Source of the DNA: Candidatus Borrarchaeum weybense
GTDB lineage: Archaea; Asgardarchaeota; Sifarchaeia; Borrarchaeales; Borrarchaeaceae
Length of the DNA stretch: 64,000 bases
Reading direction: 5' to 3'
NCBI GenBank assembly: GCA_019057385.1
Contig: JAHQJS010000008.1
Span: 64,001 to 128,000 of the forward strand
Of this stretch, positions 30,130 through 41,130 are shown one piece after another; the stretch's first letter is position 1, and each line of letters opens with the position of its first letter. Below the pieces are notes generated by a model. That model was not told where the DNA came from, searched no databases, and saw only the letters and a program-made list of their open reading frames with translations. Position numbers and translations under genes: made by a program.

Positions 30130-31281
30130 TTACCTAAACGGTCTTCGATCGCGTCTTAATTTTAATAAAGATGATGAATGCCCGATCTTATCAAGTAATT
30201 GACTATATACCAAATCTAAATCATAATCATGTATCTTAGCTCTCGCGTCGGCCTCGATCAGAACAGATGGTATTCCGTATGCCGCGTGATGGCTTGAAAG
30301 TGGATAGACGACCGAAGATACTCTGTCTGCAGTTTTAGGGGTCTCAACGTGTTCTGGATTAAGAAACTCAATGCGAGTTGGTTGATCAAAATCAACAGAT
30401 TTTAGGTAGAAAGCAAAGAGTTTATCACGCCATTGTGCAGAAATACGTGATGGCGATTTCTTAGCATCTGAGGTTAGTAGTCTATAAACCGCAGATCTTT
30501 CACCAGATTTTAAAACGCGATATAATAAATCTGTATCCTTTATTTGTTTAATTATGCCTCTATAATCAACTTGTAGTAGTTCAAATAGTTCGGGATACTT
30601 TTTTATTAGAGAAGGTAGAATTTCACCTAAGATTTGAGTAAACCGTGTTGATCTACTGTCCTCAACACAACCCACTAATAAAGTCCCATTTTCACGCGCT
30701 TTTTCGTAGAGTTTTTCATAAAATCTCGTCAAGAGTTCTCCTCTTGCAGCAATGGTGGATGTAGCGAATATATCGTATTGTTGGGGATAGATTGATCCAT
30801 CCATGCATAGGATGTCGATTTTAGCATAGTCCAAAACATCTATGGCTACTCTTACTTCTCCAATTGCTCGTTCGAGGGCGCTTGACGTGTCAATCTCTGT
30901 TCTCGATACGGGCATATAGTTCACGAGCACGTTCAGCGGCGGAACGTCCGATGGGTAATATCTAACAACTGGTTTATCTTGAGAAAAATCGAAGATAGTA
31001 GCCGCTGCTTTGGTGAGGATAATGTCAATTGCATGATATAGACGAGAAACTACGCCACCATCTATTCCCGCAATTCTGAGACCAGTTAAACTTGTAGATT
31101 CTACCTTTTTTACTAATTTTCTCTCAATAATCCCATCTTCTTTGAGTTTTGGAAAAGCATCCAAGTCAATCTGTTCTAGCCCTCCCCTAAGGAGCATGCT
31201 AAACATTTCTTTATCTCTTTCAAGTTGCTTTAACTTTCTTACAATTTCGCCGAGTTCATTATGAAGCGATTTGATATACAT
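30130..31281 (-). CDS. nurA: NurA nuclease
   Basis: IAGIDGG, MDGS, YGIPSVLIEADARA. Confidence 0.88.
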   Translation of the reverse strand: MYIKSLHNELGEIVRKLKQLERDKEMFSMLLRGGLEQIDLDAFPKLKEDGIIERKLVKKVESTSLTGLRIAGIDGGVVSRLYHAIDIILTKAAATIFDFSQDKPVVRYYPSDVPPLNVLVNYMPVSRTEIDTSSALERAIGEVRVAIDVLDYAKIDILCMDGSIYPQQYDIFATSTIAARGELLTRFYEKLYEKARENGTLLVGCVEDSRSTRFTQILGEILPSLIKKYPELFELLQVDYRGIIKQIKDTDLLYRVLKSGERSAVYRLLTSDAKKSPSRISAQWRDKLFAFYLKSVDFDQPTRIEFLNPEHVETPKTADRVSSVVYPLSSHHAAYGIPSVLIEADARAKIHDYDLDLVYSQLLDKIGHSSSLLKLRRDRRPFR

Positions 31282-31380
31282 CTTCTTTAGCCCTTTATGG
31301 AATCTTGTATTCTTTGCCCTTTCTTCATCTTACATCCTAAGAGGCCAAAATTGGAATGAAAATTGTTTTTTCGATGATAT

Positions 31381-33054
31381 TTATTCGTTAGCATTCGTTC
31401 TTAATGTAGATCTCTCAAGTGCATGTTTTATGAAGGCAAAATACAAAGGATTTGGTCTGTTTGGTCGAGAGGTGTACTCAGGATGAAACTGTACTCCCAC
31501 GCAAAACGGATGATCGGCAATCTCTACAGCATTAACAATTTTCCCCGTGTCATCATATGCACTGGTAATGAAGCCTTTCTCTTTCATCTGGCCCATATAT
31601 TCCTCAATTATGTGATATCTATGACGAAAACGTTCATGAATAACTGATTGATGATATGCATCCCAAAGTTTTGTTCCTTCTTGAATAATGATCTTGTGTG
31701 CACCAAGTCGCATGGTTCCGCCCTTTTCTTGGATAATTTTTTGCTCAGGAAGGAAATCTATAACAGGTAATTGCGTTTCGGCATCAACTTCAGTTGTATG
31801 TGCCTCTTTCCACCCCATTACATTTCGAGCGAACGCAACAGTTAGAAGTTGTGCACCAAAGCAGATACCAAGATAAGGTATGTTTTTTTGAATAGCATAG
31901 CTTGCAGTTTGAATCATACCTTCAACTCCTCTCGATCCAAATCCTGGTGTAAGTAAGCAGCCATCACATGAGTCTAAAACGCGAATTTTATCAGGATTTT
32001 CTTCAATAGCCTCTGTATCGATCCAATTAATGTTTACTTTTGCATCCAAATGAGCACCAGCGTCTTGCAATGCATAGTTTATACTAACATAACTATCAAT
32101 TATACTCGTATATTTTCCAGGCATAGCAATATTGATAGTACGTGTGGCGTTCTTAAAGAGATTAACCATTTCAGTCCAGTCTTCTGTGGCGGGTTTGCAA
32201 TCATAGGATAACTTAAGTAAAGAGCATAGATAATTTCCCATATTTTGTTGTTCAAAATAAAGTGGAAGGTCATAAATTGGGTTGAGATCAGGATTACTTA
32301 TCACTGCATTTTCAGGAACACTGCAATATAAACTAATTTTATGTTTGATCTCTTCAGATAATGATTCTCTTGCTCTTCCAACGATAATATCTGGCTGAAG
32401 TCCCATTCCTTGAAGAGTGCGCACTGAGTGTTGCGTAGGCTTTGATTTTAATTGACCAACGGATTCCAAATATGGAATAAGAGTTACGTGGACTAAGCAA
32501 GTATCGTGTTCTGAAAGTTCGAGGCGCAACTGGCGAATCGCCTCAAGAAATGGCATCGCCTCAATATCACCGACGGTGCCGCCAATTTCAATAAGCAATA
32601 CATCGGGATTCTCCTTATTTGCGATGTTCCTAATACGAGATTTTACCTCATCTGTAATATGAGGTACGATCTGAATTGTACGACCAAGAAACTTTCCAAC
32701 GCGTTCATGTACAATCACAGAAAGATAAATTTGACCACTCGTAATATTTTGCGACGGATGAAATGGATGGTCGAGGAATCGTTCGTACGTGCCTGCATCT
32801 TGATCAATCTCTGCTATCCTGTAAATGAAACCGGGAGCGGGGTTGAAATCCCATACCTCATCGGTTATAAACACCTCTCCATGCTCTATAGGATTAAGTG
32901 TACCTGGATCGACGTTTAAATAAGGATCAATTTTGATAACGTCAACATGAAAGCCTCGGAACTGCAATAATTTGCCGATAGCAGCGGTTGTTATGCCCTT
33001 TCCCAAACCACTCAAAACGCCACCTGTGATAAAACATAACTTAGTCATAGTCAT
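31381..33054 (-). CDS. pyrG: CTP synthase
   Basis: TGGVLSGLGKG, KSKPTQHS, GICFG, ERFRHRY, QFHPE. Confidence 0.97.
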   Translation of the reverse strand: MTMTKLCFITGGVLSGLGKGITTAAIGKLLQFRGFHVDVIKIDPYLNVDPGTLNPIEHGEVFITDEVWDFNPAPGFIYRIAEIDQDAGTYERFLDHPFHPSQNITSGQIYLSVIVHERVGKFLGRTIQIVPHITDEVKSRIRNIANKENPDVLLIEIGGTVGDIEAMPFLEAIRQLRLELSEHDTCLVHVTLIPYLESVGQLKSKPTQHSVRTLQGMGLQPDIIVGRARESLSEEIKHKISLYCSVPENAVISNPDLNPIYDLPLYFEQQNMGNYLCSLLKLSYDCKPATEDWTEMVNLFKNATRTINIAMPGKYTSIIDSYVSINYALQDAGAHLDAKVNINWIDTEAIEENPDKIRVLDSCDGCLLTPGFGSRGVEGMIQTASYAIQKNIPYLGICFGAQLLTVAFARNVMGWKEAHTTEVDAETQLPVIDFLPEQKIIQEKGGTMRLGAHKIIIQEGTKLWDAYHQSVIHERFRHRYHIIEEYMGQMKEKGFITSAYDDTGKIVNAVEIADHPFCVGVQFHPEYTSRPNRPNPLYFAFIKHALERSTLRTNANE

Positions 33055-33306
33055 ACCACTTCAAACTGATAGAAGATTGTTAAGATGAAATATAAGCTCC
33101 ACGATTGACAACGAACTTTGACAAAGCGAAAAATGAGCTGAATTTTTTGTATCTGCTAATATTTGTTCCCAATATTTGAGGAGCATATTTAGTATTCATC
33201 TATACGAATTAAAAGCATTTCTATTTACGTGCAATCTTCAAGATTGAACTAGACCGTAAACAAAATGGATTCTCTGGGTTGACAATTTCTGAATTATGAA
33301 CCAAAT

Positions 33307-34059
33307 TCATTCTTGAGAAACCATCAAAAATGGCAGTGTGTTTTTTAGAGACTGTGATACAGGAATTGCAATAATGCCACCAATTGTCATTTGACCAATA
33401 TTGAAAGGAACTTCAACAAAGGCTGCAGGTCCGAAACCCAAGAGCCAGTATTCTGCAACAAAATAGCCTAACACCATGCAACTTCCTCCTATAAGGATAG
33501 AAAAAACAAGCCATGACACTTCTGGGCGTGTTCTGATTCCTACAACAATAATCAATGCTGCACTTATACAACCGAGGACTACCCACACAATAGGTATCGG
33601 GCTAAGTTCAAAGAACTGATAACTGCCAAGAATTCCAACTCCAATTTGCCAAGGCGTAGAATAGAATAATAATCCAATGAGGATAATAATAATTCCTACA
33701 ATTAATCCCGTAAGACTAATGAAAACTTTCCAGCGTGTATTTATTTTTTTAGGCGGTATAAGGGAGTTACTAATAAGTCCAACAACAAATCCTTCTGCGC
33801 CCTTTGTAACTAGAGTAATTGGTGCAAACACCCCGTAGCCCAATATAAGATCTGCAAGCGCAGATCCGACGCCTCCACTAAATGCACCAATAATTGGACC
33901 AAAAAGTATCGCAGAAATATAGACTGCAGAATCGCCTAGATTGAAGAAACCTTGAGTTTGAGGGATTGAAATTTGAAATACGAGAGTTATAATACACACC
34001 AATGCTGTCATAATAGCTGTAATAGCAAGCGACAGTGAAGGTGGATAACTTTGCAACAA
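33307..34059 (-). CDS. ECF transporter S component
   Basis: GFFNLGD, GGVGSALADL, multiple TM helices. Confidence 0.88.
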   Translation of the reverse strand: MLQSYPPSLSLAITAIMTALVCIITLVFQISIPQTQGFFNLGDSAVYISAILFGPIIGAFSGGVGSALADLILGYGVFAPITLVTKGAEGFVVGLISNSLIPPKKINTRWKVFISLTGLIVGIIIILIGLLFYSTPWQIGVGILGSYQFFELSPIPIVWVVLGCISAALIIVVGIRTRPEVSWLVFSILIGGSCMVLGYFVAEYWLLGFGPAAFVEVPFNIGQMTIGGIIAIPVSQSLKNTLPFLMVSQE

Positions 34060-34200
34060 TCTTGATTTACCTATCAGTCTTATCTCCTTCTATCTCTTTT
34101 TGCAAGTTCCCCATAAAACTCTTTAACTCTATAAGTTACATATATTCATAATTTAGCCTTGCTATTTATCGAAGATTTGAATATAAAGAGTGTGTTACAA

Positions 34201-34743
34201 ATGGAAAGTCAGATGATTGATACATTCATTAAAAGACTTCAGTTCGAATTCGAAGAAGGATCAGTACAAGTTAAAATCTTGAAAGACATCAATGGCCTTC
34301 TCGAAAGAGAGTTTAAACTTACTTCAAAAAGAGGACAAGAAAAAACCATACCGTTATGGATTGCAACTGAATTAGTCAAGCAAGGATATGCGAAATTAAA
34401 GGACAACTTCATTGAACTTTCAGAATTACATGATGTTTTGAAAAAGGAAGGAGAAACGCACGCATTACAGTCAATTGATAAAGATTTTTACCTGAAGGTT
34501 CGAGAACAACTGAGATTTCTTAAAAAAATAGATAGTCCAACGGCCAATCAGTCTTTTGAAAAAATAGAAGCACTTATAAGAGATATTCTCTCCATGCGTC
34601 TCTTTAAACTACTGAAAATTGCATCTCAAACAAGAAATTCGCGAGATTTCACTGAACATATGACAAAAGAAGAAAGAATCCTTTTTCAGGAATTAAGCTC
34701 GTTATGCATACAATGGAAAGATAATTTGTTCTATCTTGATTAA
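34201..34743 (+). CDS. GINS subunit (GINS23 / Psf2-like)
   Basis: B-domain IPLWIATEL first, then R..KL and MTKEER; upstream of mcm. Confidence 0.82.
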   Translation: MESQMIDTFIKRLQFEFEEGSVQVKILKDINGLLEREFKLTSKRGQEKTIPLWIATELVKQGYAKLKDNFIELSELHDVLKKEGETHALQSIDKDFYLKVREQLRFLKKIDSPTANQSFEKIEALIRDILSMRLFKLLKIASQTRNSRDFTEHMTKEERILFQELSSLCIQWKDNLFYLD

Positions 34744-35414
34744 GTATTTCTAAACTTTTCCAGTTACTTTTAGCGTTTTTAGATAGCTTTAAATATACTG
34801 TTTATCTTATAAAGAAAACTATACCATTATACCCTTGTAGATCATTTTTTAAGAATGATAAAAACGAGGCAAGTCTTATAACAATGCTTTTAGAAATTTC
34901 AAACGCTTTACAAAACGCTGCTTGAAAGGGGGAGATAGGTAGAAAGAGGTATAAATGGTTTTACCCCAACCATCACCCACTGTTGTGGACTCTTTCTTCC
35001 CTCCAGACAACCTTTAGAATAAAACAAGTCACTTCAAAGAAGAATGTCAAGCGAAAAGTGTTTCCTGAAAAATATATTATTAAAAGGGCTAAAGATATTA
35101 TCCAAAAGACGATAACCCATCTAGCGTAACTTTTATCTAAGTTTTATGATAATTTACCAGTTTTCTAATCAAATTCAGTTCAAACTCACAAATAAGCGAA
35201 TTTCAAAATTTTGAATGCATTTATATTGTTTCTTAACCATTATATGTTGTTGCATGTAACTCTCTATTTGAGTAATGCACCTTAGATCTGTTAAATCAAC
35301 AATTTAACAATTTTATGAACTCAATTACAAAGAAAAACCCGATATTATATCCAAATTTACGTCAAATACTTTGCATTTCATCCTTGAATTTACAGATTAC
35401 TTGAGTGGAAAAAA

Positions 35415-38400
35415 ATGTCAGAAACCTCCGAAGAATATGTAGAGCAATTTGAAACATTCTTTAAGGAATTTCGCGATGATGAAGGATCTTTTATATGGAG
35501 AGATCGTATTGAACGTATGCCTCTTGAAGAGCTTACATCGTTAGTAATCGATTTTAACGACGTGCGCGTATTTGATCCTGCTCTTGCTGAACTAGTTGAA
35601 GAAAATCCAGAGCAATTCATCAATTCCGCTTCGACTGCTGTAAAGAATGTAATGAAGGTTATCGATCCAGATTACTACAAAAAGGTAGATACTTTTCATG
35701 CACGCTTTCGCAATCCACCTGAACAACTAGCTCTCAGAAAAATCAGATCGGTAAATATTGGTAGATTTGTACAAGTTGAAGGAATATTAACACGCGCTTC
35801 AGAAGTTAAACCATTGCTAATAAAAGCGATGTTTATTTGTACAAAATGTGGCTATCTCTACGAAATTCCTCAGGATAAAGGATATTCCGAACCCAATGTC
35901 TGTGAAAATCCTAGTTGTAGAAAAAAGGGACCGTTCAAACTTCTGATGGAAGAGTCGACCTTTACAGATTGGCAGAAGATACGAATACAAGAAATGCCGG
36001 AAGAACTCCCGCCAGGTCAGTTACCGCGCTCTTTAGATGTTATTATAAAAGATGATCTTGTTGATGTCGCCAGACCTGGCGATCGTGTTGGAATCATTGG
36101 TATTCTTCGTTCTGTACCTGATTTTACAAAAGGCAAATTAAAAACCCCCACCTTTTCAATATACTTAGCTTCAAATTACATAGATTTATTTGAAAAAGGA
36201 CTTGGCAAAATCGAAATAAGTCCTGAAGAAGAACAAGAGATTAAAGATCTGTCACAAGATGTGTGGGTTCATCAAAAGTTGATACGTTCTATTGCCCCCT
36301 CGATTTACGGTTATGAAAATATCAAAGAAGCTATTGCACTTCTTCTTTTTGGAGGTACAAGCAAAGTTCTACCAGATGGAATGAAAATTCGAGGCGAGTC
36401 AAATATTCTTTTGGTGGGAGATCCTGGAACAGCTAAATCGCAAATACTTCAGTATGTCGCTAGAATAGCCCCCAGAGCCTTGTATACTTCTGGTAAGGGA
36501 AGTACAGCCGCTGGATTGTGCATTTCAGGTGATAGTAATGTATTTCTAACAGATGACATATTACCCATATCTCAACTAGTAGAAGATGAGTTAAAATCTG
36601 GTGAAATATCCAAATATAATGAGTCGATAGAATATAAGGAGAAATCAGGTGACTTAAAGGTATTTCATTCAAATAATCTAGAATTAAAACCCCGAGGAAT
36701 TTCAAAAGTCTGGAGAATCAAAAGTCCAGAAAAATTGATAAAGATAATTACTCGAACGGGAAGAGAATTAAAATTAACTCCTCAAACTAATCTTTTGTCA
36801 ATTAATCAAAACGGTTTATTATGGAAACCGTCAAACCTTTTTGAACCAAAAGATCGAATAGCTGTTGTGAGGACATTTCCTGTTACTTCTGAAAAAGAAA
36901 TTCCTACTATGTTTGAGTTAATTAAGGACTATCAGGGTTATCTTAGGCTTTTGAACGTTGAAAGTGAAGTTAAGGACTTGCTTGAGAAGCTAAAAAAGAA
37001 ATTCAATATGTCAATGAGTGATTTAGCCAAATTGTTTAATGTAAACGATGATACACTTTACAGATGGAAAAAGAGAGGTCGTGTTGGAAACATACCACTT
37101 CAACGTTTCATAGAATTTTGTGATTTGCTTGAGGAAGATGCGGAAACATACTTGCCTGATAAGATTCATATTGAACCCAAGAATGGCCTCAAATATGCTC
37201 TTCCTAAAAACCTGAATGAAGATTGGTTCTATATAATGGGTTTAATTGTTGGAGATGGAAGTATTTATGTCGATAAAAGTGAAAAAGGATATGGTGGAAC
37301 GGAGTTAAGATTCCATAATCGAGAACGCATTTTATTGGAAGAATTCGAACATTTCTTCAAAAATATGGGTTTTAACGTTAATAGATCAAAAGACTCTAGC
37401 GAAAGAGCCGCAACGTGTGCCATTTGGTCATCATTACTATATCATATTTTTTCAAAATTTGGTATTAGTGAATCACCAAAATCAGATAATATCTCTCCTA
37501 GCACAGAAATCATATTTTATAAAGAAGAATATCTGTATGCTTTTCTTAGAGCACTTTTTGACACTGATGGATGGATTTCGCAAAGATCAAGTGGTGGATC
37601 TTCACAAATCGGCTTTTCTTCAACTAGTAAGAATTTGGTAGAGTTTGTTAAAAATGCTCTTTCAACTCTAGGAATCGTTTCTTTCATTAGAAAAAGAAAA
37701 CCTAAAACAGTTATTATGAAATCAGGGAAGAAAATTGTAGGTAAGAAAGAAAAATATGAACTCACCATTAGTGGATATTTCGATCTCGTTGTATTCAAAA
37801 ATAATATTGGTTTCAAACATCCAAAAAAGAATTCACTGATATCGGAATATTGTAAAGTTCAGAAAGAATATCATAAGAATGTAGATAACATTCCTAATAT
37901 TTCATTCATCCTAAAAGAACTTGTAGAGTTTTATGGATACACAAGTCGAGAATTAACTGGGCGTAAGTGCTCATTTTCGCCCTATGAATTAGAAAGACGA
38001 AATATCTCTAGCAAAAGACTTTTGGATCTTCTTGAAAAAATTGAGTTAGATTGGCTCAGACATCGTATAGAGATACCATACAGCGCAAGAAACAAATTCT
38101 ATCAAGAAGTTAAGAAAATAATCTCAATAGAAAAGATTGGTAAATATGCAAAAATCTCACGCACAAAGCTTTCTGACTACTTCTTGCGAAAAGATAGAAA
38201 TGTCCGAATTCCAATTGGAGTTTTTGTTTCTCTTTTACAAAGAACTGAAAAGAAATTGAATCCCGATATTGTTGATTATTGGAAGACCGTTATAGAATCC
38301 ACCAAAAAACAACACGAAGAATATAGCAGAAAATACGAACTCTTAAAAAGTCTCTCTCGGTCAGACATTTTTTGGGATGAAGTTGCAGAAGTGACGGAAA

Positions 38401-41015
38401 TCAAAGCGCAAGAACCATATGTATATGATTTAACAATCCCTGACTCCCATAATTTCATAGCAAATGGCGTAGTTGTACATAACACAGCTGCTGTGCTGCG
38501 CGATTCAGACACTGGTGAGATGACACTTGAGGCGGGAGCTCTTGTCCTCAGCGATATGGGTGTGGCATGTATTGATGAATTCGACAAAATGAGGACCGAA
38601 GATCGTGTTGCCATACATGAAGCTATGGAACAACATAGCTATCATCCATTAATGGAGATATTTTTGGCAGATGGAGCTAGAGAATCAATAGGGGAGTTAG
38701 TTGATAATCTCTTTGCAGATAATCCTAAAAAGATTGTTCAAGGAATAAATTGCGAAATTCTAGACGCGCGGCCCTTTAACTTAGAAGTATTTACTTCAGA
38801 CTTTCTTAAGGTGGATAGAATTTGTATTGACCGTGTAAGTCGTCATCCCGCACCTGAATACTTTTTTAAAATTAAATTTGGTAATGGAAGACATGTGATA
38901 GTAACACCTGAACATCCACTTTTTGTTTTTAAGGGAGATTCTATTAGCGTAGTTTCAGCTACTGATATTCAAGTTGGAGATTTCGTGCCCGCCCCTAGAA
39001 TTATGCCATGTGGTCATAATCCTGGAGCATTGCTTAACACAGAAATTCCAATACATTTTAATGCGAAATCAATTGCTTTACCTGAACATGTAACCCCAAA
39101 AATTGCTAGACTTCTTGGATATTTTGTATCAGAGGGATATAGCTATAATGGTTCTTCTGCTGAACTTGGTTTTAGCAATACATTAGATCTAATAGTGAAG
39201 GATATCTCATCACTAATGAAGGATCTTTTTGGTTTAGAGGGAATTAACTATATCGATCGTAATCGAACACTGCGCTTTGTATCTTCCCAATTAAGAGATT
39301 TCTTCCGAGAAAACTTTCCTGAAGTTCTTAACACTTCAAAATATAAACGTATTCCATCACAGTTGTTTGTTTCTGGAGAATTAGTAGTAAAACAATTCCT
39401 TAAAGCTGCATTTCTCGGAGACGGAAGTTTAGAATCTGAGACTTTGTCCTATCGCACCTCCTCACCTAAACTTGCTCTTGACTATCAAGATCTTTTGCTA
39501 TGTGTTGGAATCCAAAGTCGAATAGTCCATGATTCTTATAACGACTCTTATAAGGTATGTATTCGTGGTAGCAGTCTCCCACTTTTCTCCCAAATGATTG
39601 CCGAGCAATGGGATCCTCGTAGGGAAAAAATTAGTATGTTGGTAAATCGATCCGCGAAATCAAATTATGATCATGATGTCTTTCCGCCTGGAATTGGAGT
39701 TAAGATAAAGAAATTGTTCAAGCGAGTTGGAATACCTTACAAAGGGACATTTTACCGTGCTATTAATGAAGATCATGGTATTACTCGGACATTGCTTCAG
39801 AAACATCTTGATGAGGCAAAAAATGCTTTTAATGAGGCTAAAACACATCTTAAAAATTTACCACTACCAATAAAGGCTACCCGGCGAATTCTTCATTGGT
39901 CCCTCGAAACTGCAGGTCGAAAAATCAACAAATCTGGCTCATTTATTGGCCACTTAGAACGAGGAGGCTGTACAGATGAAACCAAGAAGAAAGTAACTAT
40001 TCAACTTGCAGATGCAGTCGTCAATGAGTGTCAACAAATTGAAATAGAAATAAACGAAATTGAAAGAATTCTTGAAAGTGATATACGTTGCCTTCGCATA
40101 AAAAAAATCGAGAAGATAGCAAATTCAGGAAAATGGGCATGTCCTTATGTATACGATGTTACGGTAGAACCAACACATCGCTTTATTAGTCAAGGTTTAA
40201 TTCTTCATAATACTGTTAGCATAGCTAAGGCCGGAATCATTGCCACATTAAACGCGAGGACCTCAATCCTTGCGGCCGCCAACCCGTATCGCGGTAGATA
40301 TAATATTCATGCTACCCCAGCAGAAAATATTAGATTGCCAGTGACTATTCTTTCTCGATTTGATTTATTGTTTGCAATAACTGACAGGCCAGATGCGGAA
40401 CACGATAGAGAAATCGCAGAACACATTTTGAAACTCCATGAGAAGAGAGATACCGCAATTGAAGCTCCAATTGATCCGCAATTACTTAGGAAATATATTG
40501 CGTATGCTAAAAACAGAGTTTTTCCAAAACTAACATCAGATGCTGGAGATAAATTGCAGGAATTCTACTTGCGAATGAGAAAGACGGGAGAAGAAATAAA
40601 TTCTCCTGTTCCAATAACTGCTCGACAATTGGAAGCACTTGTCAGAATCTCTGAAGCAAGAGCAAAAATGGCACTCAGAGATGAAGTATCAATCGAGGAT
40701 GCAGAAGCCGCTATTCGCTTGGTGAGGTATTCATTACAGCAAGTTGGTGTAGATGAAAATGGTCGATTTGATATTGATTCAATTATGTTAGGACAAACAA
40801 AGAGCACTAGAGATAAGATTTCAGAACTACTTGATTTGATAAAATCACTAGAACAAGAAATGGATGATGCTGTTCCAATTTCAAAACTGATAAGCAGAGC
40901 AGAAGAGGCTGGCTTTGAACCTCCATTCGTTAAGCGTGCATTAGATAATTTACAGCAAAGCGGAGAAATTTACGAACCTAAAAGTGGTTTTGTTAAAAGG
41001 ATAAGTGAAGCATAA
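35415..41015 (+). CDS. mcm: MCM replicative helicase with two inteins (spliced about 686 aa)
   Basis: GDPGTAKSQ, CIDEFDKM, SRFD, C-terminal wHTH. Confidence 0.96.
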   Translation: MSETSEEYVEQFETFFKEFRDDEGSFIWRDRIERMPLEELTSLVIDFNDVRVFDPALAELVEENPEQFINSASTAVKNVMKVIDPDYYKKVDTFHARFRNPPEQLALRKIRSVNIGRFVQVEGILTRASEVKPLLIKAMFICTKCGYLYEIPQDKGYSEPNVCENPSCRKKGPFKLLMEESTFTDWQKIRIQEMPEELPPGQLPRSLDVIIKDDLVDVARPGDRVGIIGILRSVPDFTKGKLKTPTFSIYLASNYIDLFEKGLGKIEISPEEEQEIKDLSQDVWVHQKLIRSIAPSIYGYENIKEAIALLLFGGTSKVLPDGMKIRGESNILLVGDPGTAKSQILQYVARIAPRALYTSGKGSTAAGLCISGDSNVFLTDDILPISQLVEDELKSGEISKYNESIEYKEKSGDLKVFHSNNLELKPRGISKVWRIKSPEKLIKIITRTGRELKLTPQTNLLSINQNGLLWKPSNLFEPKDRIAVVRTFPVTSEKEIPTMFELIKDYQGYLRLLNVESEVKDLLEKLKKKFNMSMSDLAKLFNVNDDTLYRWKKRGRVGNIPLQRFIEFCDLLEEDAETYLPDKIHIEPKNGLKYALPKNLNEDWFYIMGLIVGDGSIYVDKSEKGYGGTELRFHNRERILLEEFEHFFKNMGFNVNRSKDSSERAATCAIWSSLLYHIFSKFGISESPKSDNISPSTEIIFYKEEYLYAFLRALFDTDGWISQRSSGGSSQIGFSSTSKNLVEFVKNALSTLGIVSFIRKRKPKTVIMKSGKKIVGKKEKYELTISGYFDLVVFKNNIGFKHPKKNSLISEYCKVQKEYHKNVDNIPNISFILKELVEFYGYTSRELTGRKCSFSPYELERRNISSKRLLDLLEKIELDWLRHRIEIPYSARNKFYQEVKKIISIEKIGKYAKISRTKLSDYFLRKDRNVRIPIGVFVSLLQRTEKKLNPDIVDYWKTVIESTKKQHEEYSRKYELLKSLSRSDIFWDEVAEVTEIKAQEPYVYDLTIPDSHNFIANGVVVHNTAAVLRDSDTGEMTLEAGALVLSDMGVACIDEFDKMRTEDRVAIHEAMEQHSYHPLMEIFLADGARESIGELVDNLFADNPKKIVQGINCEILDARPFNLEVFTSDFLKVDRICIDRVSRHPAPEYFFKIKFGNGRHVIVTPEHPLFVFKGDSISVVSATDIQVGDFVPAPRIMPCGHNPGALLNTEIPIHFNAKSIALPEHVTPKIARLLGYFVSEGYSYNGSSAELGFSNTLDLIVKDISSLMKDLFGLEGINYIDRNRTLRFVSSQLRDFFRENFPEVLNTSKYKRIPSQLFVSGELVVKQFLKAAFLGDGSLESETLSYRTSSPKLALDYQDLLLCVGIQSRIVHDSYNDSYKVCIRGSSLPLFSQMIAEQWDPRREKISMLVNRSAKSNYDHDVFPPGIGVKIKKLFKRVGIPYKGTFYRAINEDHGITRTLLQKHLDEAKNAFNEAKTHLKNLPLPIKATRRILHWSLETAGRKINKSGSFIGHLERGGCTDETKKKVTIQLADAVVNECQQIEIEINEIERILESDIRCLRIKKIEKIANSGKWACPYVYDVTVEPTHRFISQGLILHNTVSIAKAGIIATLNARTSILAAANPYRGRYNIHATPAENIRLPVTILSRFDLLFAITDRPDAEHDREIAEHILKLHEKRDTAIEAPIDPQLLRKYIAYAKNRVFPKLTSDAGDKLQEFYLRMRKTGEEINSPVPITARQLEALVRISEARAKMALRDEVSIEDAEAAIRLVRYSLQQVGVDENGRFDIDSIMLGQTKSTRDKISELLDLIKSLEQEMDDAVPISKLISRAEEAGFEPPFVKRALDNLQQSGEIYEPKSGFVKRISEA
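36519..38483 (+). mobile_element. MCM intein 1 (655 aa, LAGLIDADG homing endonuclease plus HTH)
   Basis: STAAGL|CISGD ... VVHN|TAAV; MGLIVGDG and LRALFDTDG. Confidence 0.93.
38637..40211 (+). mobile_element. MCM intein 2 (525 aa, LAGLIDADG homing endonuclease)
   Basis: EAMEQH|SYHP ... ILHN|TVSIAKAG; LGYFVSEG and LKAAFLGDG. Confidence 0.93.
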
Positions 41016-41130
41016 AAATCATTTCATAATTAATCAATTAATTAGTAATTAAGCAGGAAAACTATTTTACGAAAGAAAATACTCGATATTTCACAAATAA
41101 CTAACTGTTTTTTAATCGGAGGAATTTCGT

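Noticed and set aside
34744-35414. Replication origin
   Set aside because: AT-rich and next to GINS/mcm, but no convincing repeated ORB boxes and no orc1/cdc6 in the window.
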